Origin: Actinomycetota bacterium
Lineage (GTDB): Bacteria; Actinomycetota; Actinomycetes; Jiangellales; Jiangellaceae
Length of the DNA: 61,742 nucleotides
Reading direction: 5' to 3'
Assembly: GCA_046727475.1 (NCBI GenBank)
Contig: JBKPCP010000047.1
Span: 1 to 61,742 of the forward strand
A program made the translations under genes and the position numbers. The notes under the pieces are model-generated. The model saw nothing but the letters and a program-made list of their open reading frames with translations, was not told the origin of the DNA and made no database searches. This document shows, one piece after another, positions 29,024 through 38,977 of the stretch (position 1 is its first letter; each line of letters starts with the position of its first letter).

Positions 29024-29035
29024 GAGGCCTCGCCG

Positions 29036-30313
29036 ATGACCACGACACTCCCGCCGGCCGCATCCCCCCGGACGAAAGAGTTGCCCGACCTCGGTCGGGC
29101 CACCCACCTGTCATGTCGCGAGTGCGGGGCGACGACCTCGTTGGGCCCGTTCTACGCCTGTCACGAGTGCTTCGGCCCCCTCGAGGTGGCGTACGACTTC
29201 GGCCGCGTGACACGCGAGTCGGTCGAGGCCGGCCCGCGGTCGATCTGGCGCTACCGGTCACTGCTACCGGTGCCTGCCGACGTCGCCACCACGCCCAGCC
29301 TCGATCCGGGCTTCACCCAGCTGGTCCGCGCGGACCGGCTCGCGGCGGAGCTCGGGGTCCGCAGTCTGTGGGTGAAGGACGACTCCGGTAACCCCACGCA
29401 CTCGTTCAAGGACCGGGTCGTCGCCGTCGCGCTCGCCGCCGCCCGCCAACTCGGGTTCACCGTGCTCGCCTGTCCCTCGACGGGCAACCTGGCCAACGCC
29501 GTTGCCGCTGCTTCCGCGCGGGCAGGCATCCGGTCGTTCGTCTTCGTCCCGCAGGACCTCGAGCAGCAGAAGATCGTCACCACGGCCGTCTACGGCACCA
29601 CGCTGGTCGCCGTAGAGGGGACATACGACGACGTGAACCGGCTGGCGTCCGAGCTGGCCGGTGACCACGAGGACTGGGCATTCGTCAACGTCAACGTCCG
29701 GCCGTACTATGCCGAGGGCTCGAAGACGCTGGGCTACGAGGTGGCCGAGCAACTGGGCTGGCGGCTGCCCCAGCAGGTCGTCATCCCGGTGGCGAGCGGG
29801 GCTCAGCTGGTCAAGGTCGACAAGGCGTTCCGGGAGCTTCTCGACCTCGGACTGGTCGAGGGCGAACCGCCCCGGATCTTCGGTGCCCAGGCCACCGGCT
29901 GCTCGCCGGTCGCGGCCGCCTTCAAGGCCGGACACGACGTCGTTCGCCCGGTGCGGCCGTCGACGATCGCGAAGTCGCTCGCCATCGGCAACCCGGCCGA
30001 TGGCCCGTACGTCCTCGACGTCACGCGGCGCACGGGCGGAGCCGTCGAGGACGTCACCGACGAGGAGATCGTGGAGGGCATCCGGCTGCTCGCGCGGACC
30101 GAGGGGATCTTCGCCGAGACGGCCGGCGGCGTCACCACGGCGGTGCTCTCGAAGCTGCTGCGCGACGGAGTGCTCGACCCGGAAGCCCAGACCGTCGTGT
30201 TCAACACCGGCGACGGCCTGAAGACCCTTGACGCCGTCTCAGCCGTGGTCGGACCGGTCGCGACGATTCCGCCCACGACGGAGGCGTTCCACGCGCTGGA
30301 GGCAGCCCGATGA
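29036..30313 (+). CDS. Threonine-synthase-like PLP enzyme with N-terminal zinc ribbon
   Basis: CRECG..17..CHEC ribbon. PLP lysine motif NPTHSFKDR. 425 aa. Confidence 0.85.
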   Translation: MTTTLPPAASPRTKELPDLGRATHLSCRECGATTSLGPFYACHECFGPLEVAYDFGRVTRESVEAGPRSIWRYRSLLPVPADVATTPSLDPGFTQLVRADRLAAELGVRSLWVKDDSGNPTHSFKDRVVAVALAAARQLGFTVLACPSTGNLANAVAAASARAGIRSFVFVPQDLEQQKIVTTAVYGTTLVAVEGTYDDVNRLASELAGDHEDWAFVNVNVRPYYAEGSKTLGYEVAEQLGWRLPQQVVIPVASGAQLVKVDKAFRELLDLGLVEGEPPRIFGAQATGCSPVAAAFKAGHDVVRPVRPSTIAKSLAIGNPADGPYVLDVTRRTGGAVEDVTDEEIVEGIRLLARTEGIFAETAGGVTTAVLSKLLRDGVLDPEAQTVVFNTGDGLKTLDAVSAVVGPVATIPPTTEAFHALEAAR

Positions 30314-30597
30314 TCACGGTCGCCGTGAGAGTCCCCACCATCCTGCGCGCGTATACGCAGGGACAGTCCGACGTGTCGGTCACCGTCGAGGACGGCGCTG
30401 CATTGGCCGACGTCGTCGCCGCCCTGGACCGCGCACATCCCGGCATCGCGGCTCGCGTGCTGGACGACTCCGGTCAGATCCGTCGGTTCGTCAACGTGTA
30501 CGTCGACGACGACGACGTACGCTTCGCGGCCGGGTTGCAGACCCCGACTCCTGACGGCGCCCGGGTCTCGGTGATCCCCGCTGTTGCCGGCGGTTGA
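30310..30597 (+). CDS. MoaD/ThiS-family sulfur-carrier protein (C-terminal GG)
   Basis: 95 aa ending in AVAGG. ATGA overlap with the ThrC-like gene. Confidence 0.8.
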   Translation: MITVAVRVPTILRAYTQGQSDVSVTVEDGAALADVVAALDRAHPGIAARVLDDSGQIRRFVNVYVDDDDVRFAAGLQTPTPDGARVSVIPAVAGG

Positions 30598-30834
30598 CGG
30601 CTGCCGCGACCGGGCTACGCCGAGGGGCTCTGCCCTGCCACGGTGCGCAAAACATGCGTTCCGGGACACCTGCTGAGCTGGTGGCCGCCGTGTATGGTCG
30701 TCACCGGTCGGACGTGACGCGAGCGACCGGAGCAAGCGGAACGGGCACGCAAGACCCCCCTCGGGGGCGGTGGAGCGAGCACGACCCGGGACCCCCGACA
30801 GGGCCCCGACACACGCCCCGCGCGAGGAGAGGTA

Positions 30835-31035
30835 ATGGCTCAGGGCACCGTGAAGTGGTTCAACTCCGAGAAGGGCTACGGCTTCATCGCCGTCGACGGC
30901 GGACAGGACCTCTTCGTCCACTACACGGCGATCGACATGGAGGGCTACCGCAGCCTGGAAGACGGTCAGCGCGTCGAGTTCGAGGTCGGCCAGGGACCCA
31001 AGGGCCCGCAGGCCGAGCAGGTTCGCATCGTCTGA
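30835..31035 (+). CDS. cspA: Cold-shock protein
   Basis: [24 protein letters not shown] (RNP1/RNP2). Leader of about 235 nt. Confidence 0.95.
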   Translation: MAQGTVKWFNSEKGYGFIAVDGGQDLFVHYTAIDMEGYRSLEDGQRVEFEVGQGPKGPQAEQVRIV

Positions 31036-31166
31036 CCAGCACCACCCCACTCTTACGGTCGGTCTGGTCCCGGTACGTCGTGGGGCCGGGCCGACTCGCG
31101 TCTCGGGTGGCGCGTCTCACACCCGAACGGGATCTTGGCACCCACGGGCCGAGGGACAATTGAGGG

Positions 31167-31571
31167 GTGAGCGTCCGCATTCGTCCGGTTCTTGTCTACG
31201 ACGGAGACTGCAGGTTCTGCAGCTCTTGTGTCGACTTCATCCAGCGACGAGTCCCGACATCGGCCGAGATCGTGCCCTGGCAGTGTTCGAACCTCGACGC
31301 ACTGGGCACGACCGCGCAGCAGGCCGAGTACGAACTTGTATGGGTCCACTCCTCGGGACGGGTCGACGGCGGGGCCCAGGCCATAGCCCACCTCCTGATC
31401 GACGCCGGCGGGCCTTGGCGGCCGCTGGGTCGGCTGCTTCGGGTACCGCCGGTGCGCTGGCTGGCGCACGCCGTGTACCGCCTGGTCGCCGCCAACCGCC
31501 ACCGCCTCCCCGGTGGCACACCGGCCTGCGCGCTGCCGGCAGCGGACCGACCCGGCGCAGCTGCCCGCTGA
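31167..31571 (+). CDS. DCC-family thiol-disulfide oxidoreductase (DUF393)
   Basis: VLVYDGDCRFCSSCVDFI motif. Confidence 0.8.
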   Translation: MSVRIRPVLVYDGDCRFCSSCVDFIQRRVPTSAEIVPWQCSNLDALGTTAQQAEYELVWVHSSGRVDGGAQAIAHLLIDAGGPWRPLGRLLRVPPVRWLAHAVYRLVAANRHRLPGGTPACALPAADRPGAAAR

Positions 31572-31603
31572 CGTTCTCCGCGCGCGTACACGATCCCCCG
31601 AGC

Positions 31604-31629
31604 TTGCACTCGGGCCTACCGAGTGCTAA
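31604..31629 (+). promoter_or_regulatory. CIRCE element (HrcA operator), copy 1
   Basis: TTGCACTC-N9-GAGTGCTAA. Consensus is TTAGCACTC-N9-GAGTGCTAA. Confidence 0.8.
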
Positions 31630-31636
31630 ACACGGA

Positions 31637-33413
<1,777 letters not shown>

Positions 33414-33434
33414 GAGTCCAACTCGCACCCACGC

Positions 33435-33474
33435 AGGGGCGGCGCTTGCGGGACAAACCGCGAGCGCCGCCCCT
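33435..33474. terminator. groEL terminator hairpin (12-bp outer stem plus inner pairing)
   Basis: AGGGGCGGCGCT ... AGCGCCGCCCCT followed by TGTGTT. Confidence 0.65.
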
Positions 33475-33507
33475 TGTGTTGGGACCCGGCCCGCCCCCGT
33501 GGGTCGT

Positions 33508-33888
33508 CTACAGCTCGCCGAGCGGAGCGACGACGATGCCGGACTCTGCGCACTTCCACCGGGGATCAGGGCCGAGGTCGGGCTCGATCCGGAGCGCATG
33601 CGGCTCGGTCTCGTCGCAGGCGGTGCAGCGCGGCCACCGGCCGACGCCGCCGTCGAGCAGCCGGTCCTGCACGTCCTGCGCGACCTGACCGGCGACGAAG
33701 GACTCGCCGTCTGGCCATTGCTCGACCCACCATCGGCGTTCGGTCACCGCATCTTCGAGCACGTCGACGGCGTCCGCGGTGTCGAGGCCCCGCGCGGCCA
33801 GGTCGTGCAACACCCGGGCGCGCGCCTCCAGCAGGGCGTCGGCGCTCACCCTCCGATCGTGCCAGGACGGCGGCGCGTCCTGGCACAC
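33508..33888 (-). CDS. Hypothetical protein
   Basis: ORF with high GC3 and a C-terminal RCTAC...KC pattern. Start ambiguous (GTG at 33888 or 33849). Confidence 0.45.
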   Translation of the reverse strand: MCQDAPPSWHDRRVSADALLEARARVLHDLAARGLDTADAVDVLEDAVTERRWWVEQWPDGESFVAGQVAQDVQDRLLDGGVGRWPRCTACDETEPHALRIEPDLGPDPRWKCAESGIVVAPLGEL

Positions 33889-33896
33889 TGTGGGAC

Positions 33897-34601
33897 GTGC
33901 GGCCGCTGCTGGAGGTCATCGCGCTGGGCCCGGGTGACGCCGCGGGCGCACAGCAGGGCGGCGCCGACCGGCTCGAGGTCGTCGCCGACATGGACTCCGA
34001 CGGCCTCACCCCATCTGTCGACACGGTGCGCGACCTCAAGCGAGAGTGCGACCTTCCGCTGCGGGTGATGCTGCGGGCCAATGACGGCTTCTCGACCAGC
34101 GGGTCGGAGCTGACCCGCCTGCAGGGTGCGGCGCACCAACTCGCCGAAGCCGGCGCCGACGGCTTCGTGCTCGGCTTCCTCGGCCCGACGGTCGAGATCG
34201 ACGTGGACGCCACCCTCGCGCTCGCCGACGAGCTCGGCAGCCTGCCCTGGACGTTCCACCGCGCGATCGACCACGCGCTCGACTACGACCATGCCTGGCA
34301 GCGCCTGCGCATGATGCCGCGGCTGGACACCGTGCTTACCGCCGGCTCCGCCCGGGGTGTATCGGCCGGCCTCGACGATCTGTGCCGCCGGGCCTCGGAC
34401 GATGCCGAGGTCGCTCGGCTGATGATGGCCGGCGGCGGGCTGGTGGCCGACCACGTCCCGTGGCTCGCTCGCGCGGGCGTGCGCAAGTTCCACGTCGGCT
34501 CGCGGGTGCGGCCGAGCGGATCGTGGAAGGCGTATGTCGACGCGTCGATGGTCCGGTCGTGGCGCACTCTGGTCGACGATGCCGTCGCCGCGGCCCTGTA
34601 A
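33897..34601 (+). CDS. cutC: Copper homeostasis protein CutC family
   Basis: LLEVIALGPGDAAGAQQGGADRLEVVADMDSDGLTPS and WTFHRAID motifs. GTG at 33897. The upstream part of the track ORF is an Arg-rich artefact. Confidence 0.8.
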   Translation: MRPLLEVIALGPGDAAGAQQGGADRLEVVADMDSDGLTPSVDTVRDLKRECDLPLRVMLRANDGFSTSGSELTRLQGAAHQLAEAGADGFVLGFLGPTVEIDVDATLALADELGSLPWTFHRAIDHALDYDHAWQRLRMMPRLDTVLTAGSARGVSAGLDDLCRRASDDAEVARLMMAGGGLVADHVPWLARAGVRKFHVGSRVRPSGSWKAYVDASMVRSWRTLVDDAVAAAL

Positions 34602-34606
34602 CCACC

Positions 34607-34888
34607 GTGATCCTCGTCGATCCGCCGAGCTGGCCCGGTCACGGCCGGCTCTGGTCGCATCTTGTGTCCGACGACTCGTTGGACGAGTTGCACGCGTTCG
34701 CCGCCGCGGTAGGCATCCCGTCCCGCGGCTTCGAGCGCGACCACTACGACGTGCCGGAGGAGATGTACGGGCGGGTGGTCGCTGCGGGAGCAGTACCGGT
34801 GAGCAGCCGAGAGGTCGTTCAGCGGCTGCATACCGCCGGGCTCAGGAGGCGGAAGCGCCGCCGCGGAGCAGGGTCAGCTCCGTCCTGA
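34607..34888 (+). CDS. DUF4031 domain protein
   Basis: ILVDPPSWPGHGRLWSHLVSDDSLDELHAFA is the DUF4031 signature. Confidence 0.75.
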   Translation: MILVDPPSWPGHGRLWSHLVSDDSLDELHAFAAAVGIPSRGFERDHYDVPEEMYGRVVAAGAVPVSSREVVQRLHTAGLRRRKRRRGAGSAPS

Positions 34889-35462
34889 CGTTGCGCCGAG
34901 CCGCGTCCTCCCAGCGCTCGCGCGCGGCCGCGGTGCGGTATAGCGGCTTGCCGGACAGCAGCCGCTCGAGCACCTCGGCCCGGCCACGGCGGAAGACCTC
35001 CTCGTCTACGTGGGCGTACTCGGCCCGAACGGCGGCGGCGTAGGCCGCGTAGGTCTCGGGGTCACCACCGAGGACAGCGAGGTCGGCGTCGCAGAGCACC
35101 GCGCCGTTCTTGTCGTCCGGAGCCGGGTCGTGTGTGGCCGTCAGCTCGACCAGCCGGACGACCTCGGCGACCCGCTCGTCGCCTACGCCGAGTGCGGGAA
35201 GCGTCGAGGCTGCGAGCCGGGCGCTGTCGCGTTCGTCGGCACCGGGATTGCCGGCGTACACCGCGTCGTGGAACCAGGCGGCCAGGCGCACGGCGTCCGG
35301 GTCTGCCGCATCGGTCGCCAGCTCGTCGACGGCATCCAGAACCGCTCGCAGATGCGCGGGATCGTGGTAGCGCCGATGCGGCTCCGACCAGCGGGACAAC
35401 AGCGAACGGCCCGCGGCCTCGTCATCGACAAGATCGCGCCAACGTACGATCAGGTCGTCCAT
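34842..35462 (-). CDS. HD-superfamily metal-dependent phosphohydrolase-like protein
   Basis: RRYHDPAHL..AAWFHDAVY..CDADLAVLG pattern. Confidence 0.7.
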   Translation of the reverse strand: MDDLIVRWRDLVDDEAAGRSLLSRWSEPHRRYHDPAHLRAVLDAVDELATDAADPDAVRLAAWFHDAVYAGNPGADERDSARLAASTLPALGVGDERVAEVVRLVELTATHDPAPDDKNGAVLCDADLAVLGGDPETYAAYAAAVRAEYAHVDEEVFRRGRAEVLERLLSGKPLYRTAAARERWEDAARRNVRTELTLLRGGASAS

Positions 35463-35634
35463 CCCGGTATCATGACGCCCGCACAGGATGCCCGTGCGCG
35501 CGCGGGCCTGACACTCCTCTCGGGCGCGACGGTCGCGGTGCAGGAACTATCCAGGCCCGTGGCGGGCGGCGCGGGACGTGCGTGAGACGGACCGCCGCGG
35601 GAGACACGGCGGGGTTCCGCGTGCGGCGCCGAGG

Positions 35635-37290
35635 TCAGGCGGGGTCGGTCGGGTGCAGGACGTCCTCGGCGTCGATAATCCGGTAGGCGTATCCCTGCTC
35701 GGAGAGGAACCGCTGGCGATGCTGGGCGTAGTCCTGGTCCAGAGTGTCGCGCGCGACGACCGAGTAGAAGCGCGCGGTGCGGCCGTCGGCCTTGGGACGT
35801 AGGATCCGGCCGAGCCGCTGCGCCTCCTCCTGCCGAGATCCGAAGGTGCCCGAAACCTGGATCGCCACGCTTGCCTCGGGCAGGTCGATCGAGAAGTTCG
35901 CGACCTTGCTGACCACCAGCATGGAGAGCTCGCCGGTGCGGAACGCCTCGTACAGCCGTTGCCGTTCGCGCACGGTGGTCTCGCCCTTGACCACGGGTGC
36001 GCCGAGGCGTTCGCCGAGGTCGTCGAGTTGGTCGATGTACTGGCCGATCACCAATGTCTGGTCTGCCGCGTGCTGGGCCACCAGCCGCTCGACGACTCTG
36101 GTCTTCGTGTCGGTGGTGGAGCACAGGCGGTAGCGCTCGTCCGGCTCGGCGACGGCGTACGTCAGCCGCTCGCTGTCGCTGAGCGTGACGCGTACCTCGA
36201 CGCAGTCGGCGGGCGCGATCCAGCCCTGATTCTCGATCTCCTTCCAGGGCGCGTCGTAGCGTTTGGGGCCGATCAGCGTGAACACGTCGTCCTCCCGGCC
36301 GTCCTCCCTCACCAGGGTCGCGGTAAGGCCGAGGCGGCGACGCGCCTGCAGGTCGGCCGTCATCCGGAAGATCGGGGCGGGCAGCAGGTGGACCTCGTCG
36401 TAGACGATCAGGCCCCAGTCGCGGGCGTCGAGGAGCTCGAGGTGGGTGTAGACGCCCTTCCGGCGCGTGGCCATGACCTGATACGTCGCGATGGTGACCG
36501 GCCGGATCTCCTTCTTGGCGCCTGAGTACTCGCCGATCTCGTCTTCAGTCAGCGACGTCCGTCGGAGGAGCTCGTCGCGCCACTGTCGCGCGGCCACCGT
36601 GCTCGTGACGAGAATGAGCGTCGTGGCGCTCGCGCGCGCCATCGCCGCTGCGCCGACCAACGTCTTACCGGCGCCGCAGGGCAGGACGACAACGCCGGAA
36701 CCGCCGTGCCAGAACCCGTCGGCCGCTTCCTTCTGGTACGCCCGCAGCGCCCATCCGTTCTCGGCCAGCGCGATCGGGTGGGCTTCGCCGTCGACGTACC
36801 CCGCGAGGTCCTCGGCCGGCCAGCCGAGCTTGACCAGCGCCTGCTTGACGTTGCCACGCTCGCTGGCGTGGACGGCCACGGTGTCGGCGTCGATCCGGTC
36901 GCCGAGAAGGGGGCGTACCCGCTTGGAGCGCAGCACCTCCTCGAGTACGGGCCGATCGGTCGTGTGCAGGACCAGGCCGTGGACCGGGTCGGTCTCCAGG
37001 CGGAGCCGGCCGTAGCGTGCCATCGTCTCGGCGACGTCGACGAGCAAGGCGTGGGGCACCGGGTAGCGGGAAAACGTCAGCAGCGTGTCGACGACCTGCT
37101 CGGCGTCGTGGCCGGCCGCGCGGGCGTTCCAGAGTCCGAGTGGCGTGAGCCGATAGGTGTGGACGTGCTCGGGCGACCGCTCCAGCTCCGCGAACGGCGC
37201 GATGGCGCGACGGCACGCGTCGGCCTGGTCATGGTCGACCTCCAGGAGCAGGGTCTTGTCGCTCTGGACGATCAATGGTCCGTCGGTCAC
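35635..37290 (-). CDS. DNA repair helicase XPB (ERCC3 homolog, SF2)
   Basis: N-terminal LIVQSDKTLLLEV.. damage-recognition-like domain. Walker A LPCGAGKT, DEVH box and helicase C motifs. GTG at 37290. Confidence 0.85.
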   Translation of the reverse strand: MTDGPLIVQSDKTLLLEVDHDQADACRRAIAPFAELERSPEHVHTYRLTPLGLWNARAAGHDAEQVVDTLLTFSRYPVPHALLVDVAETMARYGRLRLETDPVHGLVLHTTDRPVLEEVLRSKRVRPLLGDRIDADTVAVHASERGNVKQALVKLGWPAEDLAGYVDGEAHPIALAENGWALRAYQKEAADGFWHGGSGVVVLPCGAGKTLVGAAAMARASATTLILVTSTVAARQWRDELLRRTSLTEDEIGEYSGAKKEIRPVTIATYQVMATRRKGVYTHLELLDARDWGLIVYDEVHLLPAPIFRMTADLQARRRLGLTATLVREDGREDDVFTLIGPKRYDAPWKEIENQGWIAPADCVEVRVTLSDSERLTYAVAEPDERYRLCSTTDTKTRVVERLVAQHAADQTLVIGQYIDQLDDLGERLGAPVVKGETTVRERQRLYEAFRTGELSMLVVSKVANFSIDLPEASVAIQVSGTFGSRQEEAQRLGRILRPKADGRTARFYSVVARDTLDQDYAQHRQRFLSEQGYAYRIIDAEDVLHPTDPA

Positions 37291-37440
37291 GTGCGGCCTT
37301 CCGGTGGAGGACCATTCATTGTCCCTTACGCCCGGTGACGAATGCCTCGAGTCCGTCGAGCAGGCGCTGCCCGCCGGACGGCAGCGTTTCGCGGTTTCGC
37401 TAGGGCTGACGATGCCCGGTTCGGGGCACAATGGCCGGCG

Positions 37441-38973
37441 ATGGCCCGAGTCGAGCACTCTCGTTCCGCGCAGACGTCGGATCTGCGCGGAAGACGACAT
37501 CTACGGGTGGTGGAGTACCGGCGTTATCTCCGGCTATCGGCGATCGGCGCGCTGGTCCCTGGAGTCGGGCTGATCGCCGCCGGCCGCCGGGCGGGGTGGC
37601 TCGTGCTGGGCGTGGTGGTGGCCGGCCTGGTCGGGGTCGGTGTCTATGTCGCGCAGGCGGGGACATCGGGCCTGCTGGAGGCAGGCACCGACACGGGGAC
37701 CCTGCGCGTTGTCGCCTTCACGTTGGTCGTGGTTGCCGCCTTTTGGTTGCTCGTGGCGATGACCAGTCTGCGGATCCTCGAACCGGAGGGCCTCAACGGT
37801 GCGCAGCGGCTGCTGGCGGCCCTGGTCGTAACGGCGGTTGCTTCGTTGGTCGTGGGCCCGTTGGCCCTCGCGGCCCGCAACAGTTTCACCCAGCGTGACC
37901 TGCTCGGGTCGGTCTTCGCCGACGACGACCAGCACAGTCTCACCGTGCCGACGCCGGCACCGGCCGAGGACCCCTGGGCCGATCTGTCGCGGGTCAACGT
38001 CCTGCTGCTCGGCAGCGACAGCTATCCGGGTCGCGACGGCACCCGCACCGACACGGTCATGGTCGCGAGCATCGATACAAGCTCCGGTGAGACGACGCTG
38101 TTCGCGTTGCCGCGAAACCTCGAGGGCCTTCCCTTTCCCGAGGGACCGCTACGTGACGCATACCCGGATGGCTTCCAGGCAGAGCCGGACTCGTTCCTGT
38201 ACTCGGTCTACAGCACTGTCCCGGCGCACGTCCCCGAGGTGTTCGAGGGCATCGAGGATCCCGGCGCCGAGGCGCTCAAGCTCGGTGTCGGCGAAGCCCT
38301 CGGCATCCCGATCCACTTCTTCGTCATGGTCAACATCAGGGGCTTCGAGGCACTCGTCCAAGCCATGGGCGGGATCGACATCGACGTGCCGTACGACATT
38401 CCGATCGGTACCGAGCGTGACAACTCGGCCGACGGCTGCACCGAGGCCACCGGTTGGATCCGCAAGGGCGACGACCAGCACCTCGACGGCTACCACGCCC
38501 TGTGGTTCGCGCGCGCCCGCTGCGGGCCCGGGCCGGTCAACAACGACTACGAGCGGATGCGCCGCCAGCGGTGCGTCATCGGCGCCGTCGCCGAGCGGGC
38601 GGATCCGATCCGTATGGCCACCAGCTTCCAGCAGATCGCAGCCGCGACGGAGGCACTCGTCTCGACCGACATCCCGCAGCAGCGAGTCGGTGCGTTCGTC
38701 GAGCTCGGCCTCAAGGTCCGAGACGCCGGGATCCGCAGCCTCCCCTTCACGAACGAGATCGTCAATTCCGCCGATCCCGAATACGACGTGATGCGAGAGT
38801 ACGTCCAGGAGGCTCTCCAGCCCGCACCGGCGGCGACCTCCCCGGCACCATCGTCTCCGTCGGCTGGTCCGACCGGCGAGGCGTCCCTCGATCCGTCGCC
38901 GGCCGATCCGAGCGAGAGTCCACAGCCGCCGAGCGAGTCCGAGGGCGCGCAGGACCTCGACGCCGTCTGCTGA
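37441..38973 (+). CDS. LCP (LytR-CpsA-Psr) family protein
   Basis: N-terminal TM segments, then NVLLLGSDS..RTDTVMVASID and the LCP core. Ser/Pro-rich tail. Confidence 0.85.
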   Translation: MARVEHSRSAQTSDLRGRRHLRVVEYRRYLRLSAIGALVPGVGLIAAGRRAGWLVLGVVVAGLVGVGVYVAQAGTSGLLEAGTDTGTLRVVAFTLVVVAAFWLLVAMTSLRILEPEGLNGAQRLLAALVVTAVASLVVGPLALAARNSFTQRDLLGSVFADDDQHSLTVPTPAPAEDPWADLSRVNVLLLGSDSYPGRDGTRTDTVMVASIDTSSGETTLFALPRNLEGLPFPEGPLRDAYPDGFQAEPDSFLYSVYSTVPAHVPEVFEGIEDPGAEALKLGVGEALGIPIHFFVMVNIRGFEALVQAMGGIDIDVPYDIPIGTERDNSADGCTEATGWIRKGDDQHLDGYHALWFARARCGPGPVNNDYERMRRQRCVIGAVAERADPIRMATSFQQIAAATEALVSTDIPQQRVGAFVELGLKVRDAGIRSLPFTNEIVNSADPEYDVMREYVQEALQPAPAATSPAPSSPSAGPTGEASLDPSPADPSESPQPPSESEGAQDLDAVC

Positions 38974-38977
38974 CCTC

